Below are positions 1-12,247 of a DNA stretch of 64,000 nucleotides, piece by piece (positions within the stretch are counted from its first letter, which is position 1; every line of letters begins with the position of its first letter). The position numbers and the translations under genes were made by a program. The notes below the pieces were generated by a model. It did not search any database and was not told where the DNA came from. It saw only the letters and a list, made by a program, of their open reading frames with translations. The stretch comes from an uncultured delta proteobacterium (GTDB lineage Bacteria > Desulfobacterota > Syntrophia > Syntrophales > UBA5619), in assembly GCA_963817385.1 (NCBI GenBank), contig CAWFOM010000009.1, positions 13,022 through 77,021 of the forward strand, given 5' to 3'.

Positions 1-551
<551 letters not shown>

Positions 552-569
<18 letters not shown>

Positions 570-3500
570 CGACAATTGATCGCGTATCAGTCCGGCAATG
601 ACCTCGACCGGTTCGCCGAGAAGGCGCCCGAGCGGGATCTCCCCGAGGCACCGATCATCCCAGACGAGGTTGTACTCCTGGATGAGATCGCGAATATCAT
701 TCACCCGCTCTCCGAGGATCTCCTTCCGCTCGTGGATTGAGAGCGCCTCATTGAAGCTCACGTGGATCAAAAGGAGATGCCGGACAAAATCGTCCTCGCC
801 AAGAAGCGGCATGATCACGATCGGCGCGCCGTCCGATTTTCCCTGGCCGACATAGATATGGCCCGAAGCCACGATGTTCTTTTTCGTCCCCATCAAGCGG
901 CCCGACGTCTCGGCGCGCGAGCTCATCCCCACGGCAACGCCGCCGCGGCGAACGATTGCGATCGCGGCATCCTCCCCCGGCTTGCCGTCGGCGTCGAGAT
1001 GGTTGACGGCGTAGAGGGTATAGCCGTTCGCGGCGGCCAGGGCCCGCTGGATCCGGCTGACGGCCAGCACATTGGTGCTCAGAAGCGCATTGGCGGAGAA
1101 CGCCAGTTCCCTGAGAAGATCGAAGACAACACCCGTGAGCGGCGTTTCCTTCCGGCTGGTCCCCACCGTGACCGTCTTTGCCTGATGCCGGATGGCATCG
1201 ATCGGACGGGAGAGCTCGTCCACGGCATGACCGAGCGTGATGTCCAACAGGGTGACCGGTGAGGCCGTCCCCTCCGCCCAAGGGAAGTCGTGGCGGAAAT
1301 CATCCAGGGGGAGCTTTCCCGCCGCGTATTTCAAGAGAAGGATCAGATCGGCAATCGTCCTGACGCCGGTCAGGGAGAAGGCGCCGTCGATTCGCCGCCG
1401 GTTGAAGCGGGTCGTAAAATCGCTCACGAGGCGGCGGAGCCGGCCGTCGGCACCACTCTCATAGAGGGTCATGTTCCTCCTGGCCTGCTCCACCATGACC
1501 AGATTGAGGCGATTCTTGAATTCGCGCAGGAACAGCGCTTCCTCATCGATGCTGCAGGCGGCCCAATACCCGAAGAGATGGCCGGCCACGGTATTCAAGA
1601 TTACGGGAAGCGGCATCGCCGCCTTCGGAATGGGAATCACCGCATCGGCGATCGGATCGAAGCGGCGCTCTCCTTCGTCGGCGAAGACGACCACGCTGGA
1701 CTTATGGGCCTTGAATATCGCCGCATCCTTGACCACGTCCCCGGTCACCGCCTCCGGATTTCCCGCGGCGCAGACGATGATCAGCGGTTCGGCGGACAGA
1801 TCGATATGCTTCTTGTTCTCGATGACGTCGGAAGAGATCGTCTTGTAGCAGAGCTCGCTGAGTTTGATCCGGATCTCGTCGGCCGCCGCCTTGTTCGGCC
1901 CGCTCCCGACGACCGCCCAGTACCGTTTCTGCTTGGCCAGCTTCTCCACGGCACCGCGGATCTCCTCGCTCCGCGCGAGGACTTTCCGCATCATCTCCGG
2001 CGTCTGTTCAAGACGGCGGAGCTCCGTCGCGATCCGCTCATCGGAGAGTGTCCCCATGATCCGGGCCAGGTAAAGGGCGAGGAGGTGGCCGGCCACGATC
2101 TGGGAGTAGAAAGCCTTGGTCGAGGCGACCGCCATCTCGATGTCGCGGCCGTCGGAAGTATAAAAGACGCCGTCGGCCTTCGTCGTGATATCGGACTGGC
2201 GGCGGTTCACGATGGCGATGACAAAGGCGCCCCGCTCCGCCGCCATCGCCACGGCGCGGTTCGTGTCGGTGGTCGTTCCCGACTGGGTGATCGGGATGAC
2301 CAGCGTATCGTGCAGGTCACTCTCCAGACAAAATCCGCTTAACTCGGAGGCGATCTTTGCCTCCACCCGGATCCCGCTCCCTTTGAGGCTGTTCTCCAGG
2401 GCTTCGGCCACGGCGCTTCCGGCGATGGCCGCCGTTCCGTGACCGATGACGATGATCCGCCGGAGCTCTCCGCCGATCAAGGCCTTTCTGATCCTTTCGG
2501 AAACGATGTCGTCTCCGAGATTAAAGGCGACCTTCAGATGCTCCCCATCGCGCTCGATCCGATATTTTCCCCGCAGGGTCTTTCGGACGGAGAGGACCGA
2601 TTCGGTGATCTCCTTGAGAAAGAAATGGGGATAGTCTCCCCGGTCGATATCCCGCGTCGTGATCTCCGCCTTCCGGATGTCCTTCTCGCCCAGCGGAAGG
2701 GGGGTTCCGTCATAACAAAGCCCCACGATCCCGGCCGCGCCGCCGGGAGAATCCTGATCGAGGATGAGGAGCTGGCCGGTCATCTCCGCCCTATCGGGAC
2801 AGGAGGGTTTCTCGCCGTCCATCTTCAGGAAGTAGGGGGTCTCCTCCACGAGGCCGTAGAGTTCCGAAGAGAAGAGATACTTATCGGGGGCAATCCCGAC
2901 GTAGATCGACTGACCGCTGCCCCTGAGGGCGAGATAGGTCTTCCCCGGCTCGACGTTACTGACCATGGCGATGGCATGGGATCCTTCGAAGTCGCCGACG
3001 GCGCGCCGAAACGATTCTCTCAGGTCATAACCGGCGAGGAGATACTTCTCGATCTGGAGCGGGATGATCTTCGTATCCGTCGTCACCGCCGGAGCGATCA
3101 GCTCCCCTCCCGCCTCGATGGCCTCCCGGAGGGGCAGATAGTTGTCGATGTCCCCGTTGAGGACGACATGGATGGACCAGGGACCCGTCCCGTAGGCCGG
3201 GTAGGTTTTCTCCTGAACGGCGGACGGCGCGGCCGGCAGGGTAAAGTTGCTCAAGGGGTGGCAGTTCTCTTCCGTGATCGAGCCCACCGAAGCCCAGCGG
3301 GTGTGAGCAAGGGCGGTCTCAAAAGAGACGGGCAGACGGACAAGGGCATGGAGGAGACGGTCCTCGGCGATGTGGCGCCTCAATTCCCGGACGTTCCGCC
3401 CCAGTTCGCCGATGATCGAAGCGGTCTTGTACGTAAGGGTGAGAGAACCGCCGCCGGCCCCGTTCCCCCCTGAAGCATCGCTCAGAGAGCAGGTGATCGA

Positions 3501-4301
3501 TCCGTTGATCAGATCCCCCGCTTCGGTACGCCGGCGCAGCTCCCCGTCAAGCCCTTTTTCCCGAAGGCTTCTCAGGAGCCGACCGGCGGCGCCGGAATCA
3601 GCCGGAACGAACGAGATCTGGATCCCCGCCGAATCCCTCCCCCGGACCTCCAGACGGTCGAGACAGTTCAGGAGGGTGTTGATCTTCCGGTATTTCGGAA
3701 GGGCCTCTGCATCCACTTCGGCGGCGCGGCGGGCGCCGGCCAGGGATACGATCCGCTGAACGTTGTCCAGGATATCGTGGTCCAGCCCCCAGACGAGATC
3801 CCGGATCAGGACCAAGCCGCGGTTGACGGCCTCGATGTCGGTAGTGGAAAAACGGCCGGCCTTTTCCTCCAGGATCGCCTCCTCGGCCAGGAGAAATCGG
3901 TGCATCCGCGCGGAAAGATCTGCCAGACGCCGCACTCCGTCGGCGGCAAAGAAAAGCCTCCGGAAGGCATCCTCCCCCTTCATTCGAAGGAGTTCCCGCT
4001 CCATTTTTTCCGCCGATGGGTTCCCCCCCAGATACTCCGGAGCGTTAATCCTGCCGTCCAGGAGCGCGGCCAGATCGCTCGCGGACGCCCGCCCGAACAG
4101 GAGGGAAAGATCCTCTCCCGGCGTATCCGGCGTGACTCTTCCCTTCACGGTCAGGATGCCGGCCAAACCGCAGCAGAGGGTCATCGGCGCGAGGGGAAAG
4201 AGGATCAGTGCCGGCCCCGCGACCTTCTGCGGGTTGACGCCCACGAAGATCTTCCAGCTCCTCATGAAGCGGATGGTCCTTCGGCAAACGCGTGTCAGCA
4301 T
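552..4301 (-). CDS. glmS: Extended glutamine--fructose-6-phosphate aminotransferase (GATase-2 plus two SIS domains, ~1250 aa); start uncertain (4376/4301/4265)
   Basis: Motifs CGLAGIL, LDRLEVRGRDSAG, AHTRWAS, NGDIDN, TQSGTTTDT, VASTKAF and AKTVTV match the GlmS glutaminase and isomerase motifs. Confidence 0.85.
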
Positions 4302-4380
4302 ATCGATTTCAGCAGACAATGGTTTCCTCCTGTTACCGGCGATGTACAAATGTTCCGTAAAGCCGTCAATCGTCATACTA

Positions 4381-5650
4381 TTACCCGCGACAGGCGGGTA
4401 TGTAAGCAAAAGCCCGTTCCTGAACGGCATCGACCACCTGCCGGAGCCACGCCGTCCCGGATGATCGGGCGCTCTGGTCCAGAGACCGGATCACCGAGAG
4501 GTAATCGTCCCCCTGCTTAGCCCGGGCGGCCGCCAGTTTCCCGAGGAACTCATCCCGCGCTTCCCGGCCCGCCTCTTCCTCCCGCATCTCCGCGAGGCAG
4601 GCCGCAAGCTCCGGCCAGCGGTCATGGAACTGACGCTGTTGCCGAAGGATGATCGCACGGTTCTCTTCCGGCAGGAACCGTTCGGCCAGCTCCTGCGACG
4701 TCTTCATCTTCTGAGCCAGGGCGCCCAAACGGGTCAGGCGCTCCGCAATGGCCTTCTCCAGCGTCTCCAGCGCCCCCCGGACAAGCCCGTCCCCCATCTC
4801 CGGATCCCCCGGGAAAGCGAAACGCACGTGGATGTACCACTGACGAAGGGCCAGGAGGTTGGCAAGATAGAGGACGTTGTTGGTCACCCGCCGGCGGATG
4901 TCGCCGTAGAGTCCGGGATGAAACGCCTCGGCGGCAGCCGGCTCTCCCCTCTCCCCGGAGCAGCTTTCCCCCTTCCGGGCAATCCCCCCGCCAGACGGTC
5001 CCCGCGGCGATCACCGTGCCGAAGCCGATCCGGGCCGGACCGACCAGCCCTCCCTGCCCTCCGAGAAAGATCGGGGGCTCCCTGAGCATGACCCCGCGGG
5101 GGACATCGCCCAAGAGCGATGGGGTCGCCTTGTCCTGGTTCGGGGTGTAGTTGAAATGGATGTAAGAGCTTCCCACCTCGCTGTGATTGTTCCGGCTGGT
5201 CCCTCCCGCGAGCAGGCAGTCGCAAAAGTTGATCAGACTGCCCAGGGTGACGAAGGGGAAGAGGATTGTCTGTTTCAGACCAACCGTATGGGCGCCGTTG
5301 GCCTCTTCTTCGAGGAGGCAGCCCTCTCGAACCTGGGCGCCGGAGGCCATGTTCGCCTTATCGAAGAATACGGAAGAGGCGAAAAATCCTCCTCTGAGTT
5401 CCACTCCCCGGCCGAGTTGGCAATTATCCACGGTGACCGGCGCCTCCGAGCCCAGTTTCGTCCCCGCAGAAATCAGGGTTTTGGCGCCGGCGAGCTTAGT
5501 CCCCCGGGAGAAGACGACCCCTTCGCCGGATATGCGTCCCGGGTCGACCTCTTCGCCGATATCGACGGAGAAGGGGGCGGGGATGCGGACCCCCTTTTTC
5601 AGGAGGCGCAAAACCGGCAATGGCAGCGTTATTTCGGCCCCGTGATCCAT
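4381..5650 (-). CDS. GlmU-related left-handed beta-helix (acetyltransferase-like) protein; apparent +1 frameshift near 4940-4960
   Basis: ORF 4622..5650 has LbH hexapeptide-like sequence and a GlmU-like HFNY...DK motif. After GGGGAGAGGGGAGAG the sensible continuation (EPAAAEAFHPGLYGDIRRRVTNNVLYLANL) lies in the frame of ORF 4381..4887. Total length is 1270 = 3n+1. Confidence 0.7.
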
Positions 5651-5723
5651 TCCTCTCTCCTTATGCCTCTTCCCTTCCCGGCTCTGGGTGCATCACACGG
5701 CCGCACAGGTCTTCCCCCATCCT

Positions 5724-6027
5724 TCATTCCTGATTGTTGCCGATACCGAATTTGACCATCTTGCTCTGGAAGGTGTTCCGGTTGATCCCAAGATAGGCGG
5801 CGGCGGCACTCTTGACATGATTCGACCGCCGGAGGGCTATACGGCAAGAGGCCTCTCTCCACCATGGCAAGGACCTCCTCGTAGAGCCGGCTCTTTCCGG
5901 CCTCGGTCGCGGAGAGGATTGTCGCTATGTCCTCGATCTTCTTTTCCAGGACCTCCTCTGCAACAGAAGCCGGCGTCCTCCGCCCCTGAAACACCGCCGC
6001 ATCAACACCGGAACGTTTGGGATTCAT
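5724..6027 (-). CDS. Small Fis-family helix-turn-helix protein; apparent +1 frameshift near 5843
   Basis: LYEEVLAMVERGL continues in another frame as RIALRRSNHVKSAAAAYLGINRNTFQSKMVKFGI*, a Fis/HTH_8 motif. Length is 304 = 3n+1. Confidence 0.75.
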
Positions 6028-6057
6028 GAATCACCGGATTCCTTTCTACTCCAATGG

Positions 6058-6582
6058 TCAAACAATAAAAGGGAACACCTTGAGGAGGATGATGCCGATC
6101 ATGGCCGCGGCTGCGATCCATGCCGATACGACAGGGGCGATCCCCGTGACTAAACGACCAGCCTGCAGGCGGACCTCCTCCTCGACCTTCTCCAAACCGA
6201 CATGAGCGACGATCTCTCCCGTAAGCGCGGGAAATCCCTCAAAGGCGTTGGAAACGATAAAAAATCCTTTGACGGTTGTGAGCAGGAGGTAGACCTTCTT
6301 GTGGAGGGTGAGGCCTCCGACATGGGTGATCTCGTCCCAGGAGATCGCCTTCTCAAACCATAACTTTCTGATGACCAGCCCTCCCTGGGTCACGGTGACC
6401 CGCCGGCGGAGACATTCGAGAAAGAGATACCCGGCGGGCAGGAAAAATAGTGCGAAGACAAGCCTCTCCACGGTATCTCCGTTCAGGAACAGGGCCATCA
6501 GGAAAAGACAGAAAAGCAGAGCGACGTCCAGACCCAGAGGAATGAGAAACGCATTTTTTATCCTATGGAGACGCTGCGGCAC
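6058..6582 (-). CDS. Membrane protein with two N-terminal TM helices, a bacterial PH-like segment and a C-terminal TM helix
   Basis: GTG start after AGGAGGA; hydrophobic segments; RRVTVTQGGLVIRKLWFEKAISWDEI resembles a bacterial PH domain. Confidence 0.6.
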   Translation of the reverse strand: MPQRLHRIKNAFLIPLGLDVALLFCLFLMALFLNGDTVERLVFALFFLPAGYLFLECLRRRVTVTQGGLVIRKLWFEKAISWDEITHVGGLTLHKKVYLLLTTVKGFFIVSNAFEGFPALTGEIVAHVGLEKVEEEVRLQAGRLVTGIAPVVSAWIAAAAMIGIILLKVFPFIV

Positions 6583-6614
6583 ATCTCCTCCTCGCGTCGG
6601 TAACGGCGCCGCGT

Positions 6615-7103
6615 TCAACCTGTTGGCTCCTGCCTGACAAAGGCGCCGCTTTTGCCGCCCTGTTTGCTCATCAGCCGGATATCCGTGATGACCATCGCCC
6701 GGTCCACCGCCTTGCACATATCGTATATCGTCAGCGCAGCCACGCCGACGGCCGTCATTGCCTCCATTTCGACCCCTGTTCTTCCCACCGTCCTTACCTC
6801 TGCCTCGATCACGACCTCGCCCGTCGCTCTATCGCTGGTAAACAGGATGTCGACCCCGGTGAGTTCGAGGGGATGACACAGGGGGATGAGCTCTCCGGTC
6901 TTCTTGGCCGCCATGATCGCCGCGATCCTGGCGGCGGCAAAGACATCACCCTTGGGCATCCCTCCCCGTTCGATCAGGGCGACCGTTTCCGGACGCATGC
7001 GGATTGCGCCCCGGGCAACAGCTGTTCGCAGGGTAGGCGCCTTTGCCGTAACATCCACCATTCGCGCCTGCCCTTTTTCGTCAAGATGGGATAGTTGGTT
7101 CAT
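6615..7103 (-). CDS. moaC: Cyclic pyranopterin monophosphate synthase
   Basis: [39 protein letters not shown] and KQGGKSG motifs. Confidence 0.97.
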   Translation of the reverse strand: MNQLSHLDEKGQARMVDVTAKAPTLRTAVARGAIRMRPETVALIERGGMPKGDVFAAARIAAIMAAKKTGELIPLCHPLELTGVDILFTSDRATGEVVIEAEVRTVGRTGVEMEAMTAVGVAALTIYDMCKAVDRAMVITDIRLMSKQGGKSGAFVRQEPTG

Positions 7104-7289
7104 GACCCTGCCAAAGTCGGAATGAAGTTGCCGGGAAAGTTTTGAGGGAACTTAGCATAGCCCTTTGACGCAGTCAAGGAGGATGCTGATGAAAAACAAT
7201 AAACCTCTTGCGGGAAACGCGCTTCTCGGTTAACATGCCCGCCGGAATTGGATCAGAAACATCCTTTAAAATCGTCAGGGGGTGTTCCA

Positions 7290-8819
7290 TTGATCGTCAA
7301 GGCAATCAGCTCCGCCGTCATCGGCATCGATTCCCATCCCGTCGTGGTGGAGGTCGATCTCGCCGCCGGTCTTCCCCTTTTTTCGACCGTCGGCCTCCCC
7401 GACGTGGCGATCCGGGAGAGCAAGGACCGGATCAAGGCCGCCATCAAGAACTCCGGCTACGCATTCCCCGGCCATCATGTCACCGTCAATCTGGCCCCGG
7501 CCGACATCAAAAAGGAGGGCACCGCCTTTGACCTCCCCATCGCCGTAGCGATCCTGACCGCCCAGGGCCTCCTGCCCGCGGAGCCGCTCGCCGATTATCT
7601 CCTCCTGGGAGAACTCTCCCTGGACGGCGGCGTGAAGGGGATCCACGGCGCCCTGTCCGCGGCCTTCCAGGCAAAGTCCCTCGGCATCCGGGGGATGATC
7701 GTCCCTCGCGAGAACGCCGCCGAGGCGGCCCTCGTTGCGGAAATCGAGGTCATACCGGTGGATCGGCTCTCCGAGGTCGTGGAGTTTTTCGGCGGCAGGA
7801 CCCAGATCGCGCCGGTCAGGGTCGATATCGGTGCGCTCTTCCGGCGGAGCCTCGACTACCCCGTCGATTTCAATGAGATCAGCGGCCAGCAGCAGGCCAA
7901 GCGCGCCATGGAGGTCGCCGCCGCCGGAGGACACAACCTCCTGATGATCGGCCCCCCCGGCGCCGGAAAGACCATGCTTGCCCAGCGTCTCGTGACGATC
8001 CTTCCCGACCTTTCCCTGACGGAGGCCATCGAAACCACCAAGATCTTTTCCGTCGCCGGTCTCCTGGACCGGAAGGAGGCGATCCTGGGAACCCGCCCCT
8101 TCCGCGCCCCGCACCACACGATCTCCGACGCCGGCTTGGTCGGCGGCGGGCATACCCCCCGGCCGGGAGAAATCAGTCTTGCCCACCACGGCGTCCTCTT
8201 CCTTGATGAACTGCCGGAGTTCAGAAAGAACGCCCTCGAGGCGCTGCGCCAACCGCTCGAAGACGGACAGATCACGATCACCCGCTCTTCGGTGACGGCG
8301 ACCTATCCCGCCCGGTTCATGCTCGTCGCCGCGATGAATCCCTGCCCGTGCGGCTATTTCGGTGAAAGGAACCGCTCCTGCCGATGCACCCCTCAGCAGA
8401 TCCGTCAATACCAGGGGCGGATCTCCGGACCGCTCCTCGATAGGATCGACATCCATGTCGAGGTCCCCTCGGTCCGCTACCGCGACCTGACGGCGCGGGA
8501 GGCGGGTGAACCCTCCGCCGCGATCAAAGCCCGGATCGAGAAGGCCCGGGAGATCCAGAAACGGCGCTTCACCGCCGATGAAACCCGCTGCAACGCCCGC
8601 CTGTCGGACCGCCAGGTCCGGACCATCTGCCCGATCGACCAGGATTCCCGGCAACTCATCGAGATGGCCGTCGATCGGCTGGGCCTCTCCGCCCGCGCCC
8701 ACACCCGGATATTGAAGGTCGCCCGGACGATCGCGGACCTCGATGGTCACCCCGCGATCCGGGCTTCCCATGTCGCGGAAGCCATCCAGTACAGAAGCCT
8801 TGATCGCCGTCTCATTTAG
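7290..8819 (+). CDS. comM: YifB/ComM Mg-chelatase-like AAA+ ATPase
   Basis: VGLPD..RES, VNLAPADIKKEG, GPPGAGKT, PFRAPHHT, GVLFLDELPEF, AMNPCPCG and AEAIQYR motifs; TTG start at 7290. Confidence 0.95.
   Translation: MIVKAISSAVIGIDSHPVVVEVDLAAGLPLFSTVGLPDVAIRESKDRIKAAIKNSGYAFPGHHVTVNLAPADIKKEGTAFDLPIAVAILTAQGLLPAEPLADYLLLGELSLDGGVKGIHGALSAAFQAKSLGIRGMIVPRENAAEAALVAEIEVIPVDRLSEVVEFFGGRTQIAPVRVDIGALFRRSLDYPVDFNEISGQQQAKRAMEVAAAGGHNLLMIGPPGAGKTMLAQRLVTILPDLSLTEAIETTKIFSVAGLLDRKEAILGTRPFRAPHHTISDAGLVGGGHTPRPGEISLAHHGVLFLDELPEFRKNALEALRQPLEDGQITITRSSVTATYPARFMLVAAMNPCPCGYFGERNRSCRCTPQQIRQYQGRISGPLLDRIDIHVEVPSVRYRDLTAREAGEPSAAIKARIEKAREIQKRRFTADETRCNARLSDRQVRTICPIDQDSRQLIEMAVDRLGLSARAHTRILKVARTIADLDGHPAIRASHVAEAIQYRSLDRRLI
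8726..8818 (+). repeat. 93-bp direct repeat, left copy (comM 3' end; attL-like)
   Basis: Matches 28237-28329 apart from 2 synonymous substitutions. Confidence 0.95.
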
Positions 8820-8964
8820 AGTTAGCAAAAACAGATTTGAAGCCTGATATTCTGACCCGACTGCGTTTTCCCGGGATCATTTTTTTGGGGGGACTGGGAA
8901 TCTTTTTGGCTTATTTAGTCCCCCCACTCTCTCGTCCTTCCCCGAGCGCAGGGTTTGAATAACC

Positions 8965-9720
8965 TCACCCCCGTCCGATGAAGGGCATCTTGGTCGCCAT
9001 GATCGTCATGAACTGCACGTTGGCATCGATCGGCAGGCTCGCCATGTGCACGACGGCATCGGCGACATGCCGCACGTCTATCATCGGTTCGGGCGCCCTT
9101 TCGCCGTTTGCCTGCTTCACACCCGTGGCGATACCCGCCGACATTTCGGTCAGCGCATTGCCGACGTCGATCTGGCCGCAGGCAATGTCGTACTTCCTGC
9201 CGTCGAGCGAGATGCTCTTGGTCAGCCCGGTGACCCCGTGTTTGGTCGCGTTGTAGGGCGCGGAGTCCGGCCGCGGCACGTGGGCCGAAACCGACCCGGT
9301 GTTGATGATACGCCCACCGCGCGGCTCCTGGTTTTTCATCATCCGGAAGGCCTCCTGTGCGCAGAGGAACATGCCCGTAAGGTTCGTCTCCACCACCGAT
9401 TTCCACTGTTCATAGGTGAGATCCTCGAACAGGATTCCGGGTACATTGACGCCGGCGTTGTTGAACAACAGATCGACACGTCCGAACGCCTCTTTCGTTA
9501 TTTGAAAAAGCAGCCGTACCGACTCGGGATTGCTGACGTCGGTGGGGACGACCAGCACATGCGAGCCCACACCCGCTTCCGCCGCCGTTTTCTCCAAGAA
9601 TTCCGCACGGCGTCCGACCAGCACGACCAAATAGCCATCCTTCCACAGGGCAAGAGCCGTAGCCTTGCCGATACCCGTTCCCGCGCCGGTTACGACGGCA
9701 ACCTTCTGGAGTGAACCCAT
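8965..9720 (-). CDS. SDR family oxidoreductase
   Basis: [12 protein letters not shown] and YNATK motifs; ends in [10 protein letters not shown]. Confidence 0.92.
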   Translation of the reverse strand: MGSLQKVAVVTGAGTGIGKATALALWKDGYLVVLVGRRAEFLEKTAAEAGVGSHVLVVPTDVSNPESVRLLFQITKEAFGRVDLLFNNAGVNVPGILFEDLTYEQWKSVVETNLTGMFLCAQEAFRMMKNQEPRGGRIINTGSVSAHVPRPDSAPYNATKHGVTGLTKSISLDGRKYDIACGQIDVGNALTEMSAGIATGVKQANGERAPEPMIDVRHVADAVVHMASLPIDANVQFMTIMATKMPFIGRG

Positions 9721-9822
9721 TACCTTCCTCCTTGCAACTTTATTATTAACAATCCGTTCAACTACAGCGGGTCTTCCTCGCCTTGCGCGCCAACGGTTCC
9801 TGCGGATCGATCGGCCAACCGG

Positions 9823-10809
9823 TCAGGCAGCGATGTGACCGCCCAATTCATCCTCGATATGGATACGGATGATCTCGTCGAAGCTCGCCTCGGCTTTAAA
9901 GCCCAGCGAGATGGCGCGGCGAGCGTCGAAATTGCGCGGCCAGCCGGCAACTATCTTGATGATTTTCTCGTCTGGTTCCTCGCGGATAAGTCTGACCGCC
10001 TTATCGCCGGCGACGCGCCGTAACGCTTCGATCTCTTCGCCTACCGTTGCCGATAGTCCGGGAGCAGAGAGCGTCCGTCGCCAGCCCAAGACTTGCGTGT
10101 CGAGTCCCGCGGCATGCAGCAGAAAACCTGCCGCGGCGCGCGGGCTGGCAAACCAGTGCCGTATGTCGCGGCTAACCGGCAGCACCGCTTCCTGTCCGGA
10201 GAGCGGTTCGCGCAGGATGTTGGAGAAGAACCCCGAAGCCGCCAGATTCGGTTTACCCGGGCGGATAACGATGGTGGGCAACCTGATGCCGATGCCGTCC
10301 ACGAACCCCCGCCGCGAATAGTCGTTGAGGAGCAACTCCCCGATTGCCTTCTGCGTACCGTAGCTGGTCAACGGGGTGGCGAAGAACTCGTCGCCGATAG
10401 CTTCGGGGAACGGCGCACCGAACACCGCGACCGAAGAGGTATACACCAGCTTTGGGAAATAGGGTCGGTTGATGCCCTCCAACCGGATCGCTTCGAGCAG
10501 CAAGCGCGTGCCGTCAAGATTGATCCGGTAGCCCTTCTCGAAATCGGCCTCCGCCTCACCCGAAACGATGGCCGCCAGATGGAATATGAGATCGGGGCGC
10601 GAAGCAATGAGTGCCTGCGCCGCGCCGGGGGCGGATAGATCGGCGGGAATGGTCTCGACAGCGCCGGCATGGGGCATAGGTTCCGGCTTGATCACGTCAG
10701 TAAGTGTGAGTTTGACAATCTCTTTGCCGCCAACCTGGCCCGCCCTGACAAGGCCGGCGGTGAGCTTGCGGCCGACCATACCGGCGGCTCCGATAATCAG
10801 AATATGCAT
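9823..10809 (-). CDS. denD: D-erythronate dehydrogenase (extended SDR)
   Basis: MHILIIGAAGMVGRKL, HLAAIVSGEAEADFEKGYRIN, YGTQK and RPGKPNLAASGF are typical of DenD. Confidence 0.82.
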   Translation of the reverse strand: MHILIIGAAGMVGRKLTAGLVRAGQVGGKEIVKLTLTDVIKPEPMPHAGAVETIPADLSAPGAAQALIASRPDLIFHLAAIVSGEAEADFEKGYRINLDGTRLLLEAIRLEGINRPYFPKLVYTSSVAVFGAPFPEAIGDEFFATPLTSYGTQKAIGELLLNDYSRRGFVDGIGIRLPTIVIRPGKPNLAASGFFSNILREPLSGQEAVLPVSRDIRHWFASPRAAAGFLLHAAGLDTQVLGWRRTLSAPGLSATVGEEIEALRRVAGDKAVRLIREEPDEKIIKIVAGWPRNFDARRAISLGFKAEASFDEIIRIHIEDELGGHIAA

Positions 10810-10918
10810 ACAAAACCCTCCGTTGATAAATCATCTGCAAGTCTTCAGTAAAGTCTTCCGGATCACTATTATAATAATGTTCATCAGCCAGCCAAGCATG
10901 GTTATCGTACCAAATTGA

Positions 10919-11953
10919 TTATGGTGTAAGGATAACCTTCATTAACCCGTGTTCTTTATCATATAATCGTTTAAACCATGATGCTCCCTCAGAAAGTGGG
11001 GCGACAGCGCTAATTAAGGCATCAACATCTATTTTTTTACAAACGATCATATCCATGCAAGCCGGATATTCTCCATTTGATCCACACGATCCATACAGGG
11101 TAATTTCTCTTGTAACGACCGCCTGGAGGGGAAAATCAATTCTTGCACTTAAATTACCGACAAGCGTCAAGCTCCCCCCTTTTTTTACGGCGCCGATTCC
11201 CGTGTTGACGGCGGGAGAAATTCCCACCACTTCAAATGCACAATCGGCGCCTCTTTTGCTCGTTAATCTTAAAACCTCCTCTTCCACATTTACTCTCAGC
11301 GAGTTAAATCCAAAATCTGCACCCAATTTTTTGGCAACAGCAAGCTTTTCTTCGTCAATATCAACCGCAATGATCTTCCCGCAACCGGCGAGTCTCAACG
11401 ATTGAATCACCAACAGTCCGATCATTCCCGCGCCTACCACAACAGCCGTATCGTTTAAACGAATTGGAGTTCTTTTTACTGCATGAAAAGCGATTGAAAG
11501 GGCTTCGACCATTGCAGCCTGCTCGAAGGTAATTCCTTCAGGAAGTCTATAAAGAATATGCTGGGGGACAACGATATATTCTGCAAAAGCACCGTGCTGT
11601 CGGTACTCTTTGCAGGAAACGCCGGCAACACGTCGATTATCGCAGAGATTAATCTGACCAAGTCGGCAGAAATGGCACTCCCCGCAATAAATTGTGGAAT
11701 CAAATGTTACCTTGTCTCCTTTTACCCATTGGGTCACATTATTTCCAACTTCCGCAATAGTTCCTGAAGCTTCGTGTCCCATGACAATAGGAGGAATTCT
11801 TCTCCCGGTGCTCCCATCCATACCATGAACATCACTACCGCATATTCCACATGCTTTCACGCGTATGAGAACTTCATCATCACGTTTGATTACTGGTCTA
11901 TCCATGTCGATATATTCAAATTTATTGTATTCTTGTAATATAAGGGCTTTCAT
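10919..11953 (-). CDS. Zn-dependent polyol/sugar dehydrogenase (galactitol-1-phosphate/sorbitol dehydrogenase-like)
   Basis: GICGSD, GHE, structural Zn CGECHFC..C and GAGMIG motifs; AT-rich gene. Confidence 0.9.
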   Translation of the reverse strand: MKALILQEYNKFEYIDMDRPVIKRDDEVLIRVKACGICGSDVHGMDGSTGRRIPPIVMGHEASGTIAEVGNNVTQWVKGDKVTFDSTIYCGECHFCRLGQINLCDNRRVAGVSCKEYRQHGAFAEYIVVPQHILYRLPEGITFEQAAMVEALSIAFHAVKRTPIRLNDTAVVVGAGMIGLLVIQSLRLAGCGKIIAVDIDEEKLAVAKKLGADFGFNSLRVNVEEEVLRLTSKRGADCAFEVVGISPAVNTGIGAVKKGGSLTLVGNLSARIDFPLQAVVTREITLYGSCGSNGEYPACMDMIVCKKIDVDALISAVAPLSEGASWFKRLYDKEHGLMKVILTP

Positions 11954-12156
11954 TTATTTCTCCTTAAAAATATTGGTATCTTCTTGCCTTCTGCATTGCA
12001 ACTTAAAACGCTGGAAGCATTATTCCGGCATTGAGAAGGAGTCACAAAATAACCACTTCGATCAACTGTTTCCATGATGACGGGGTGTATAGATACAGAG
12101 ATCATCAAGCGGCTGGGAGACGGTTAATATCGGTGACCCGGTTATGATAAAATCAT

Positions 12157-12186
12157 CTTGACATACAAGACTCGTTTCCGTATCGT
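12157..12186 (+). promoter_or_regulatory. Sigma70-type promoter with conserved spacer (copy 1), upstream of the ABC operon
   Basis: TTGACA-17 bp-TATCGT; overlaps the palindrome TCTTG-ACATA-CAAGA (12156-12170). Confidence 0.7.
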
Positions 12187-12247
12187 CATTACGCTAAAGT
12201 GCGGCTTCTTGTCAATCCAATTCACTTAACAGGAAAGGAGGAACGTG

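Noticed and set aside
7275-8828. Long antisense ORFs (517 aa here; also 20456-22261, 36829-39480, 55240-56595)
   Set aside because: Shadow frames of well-supported genes in GC-rich DNA.
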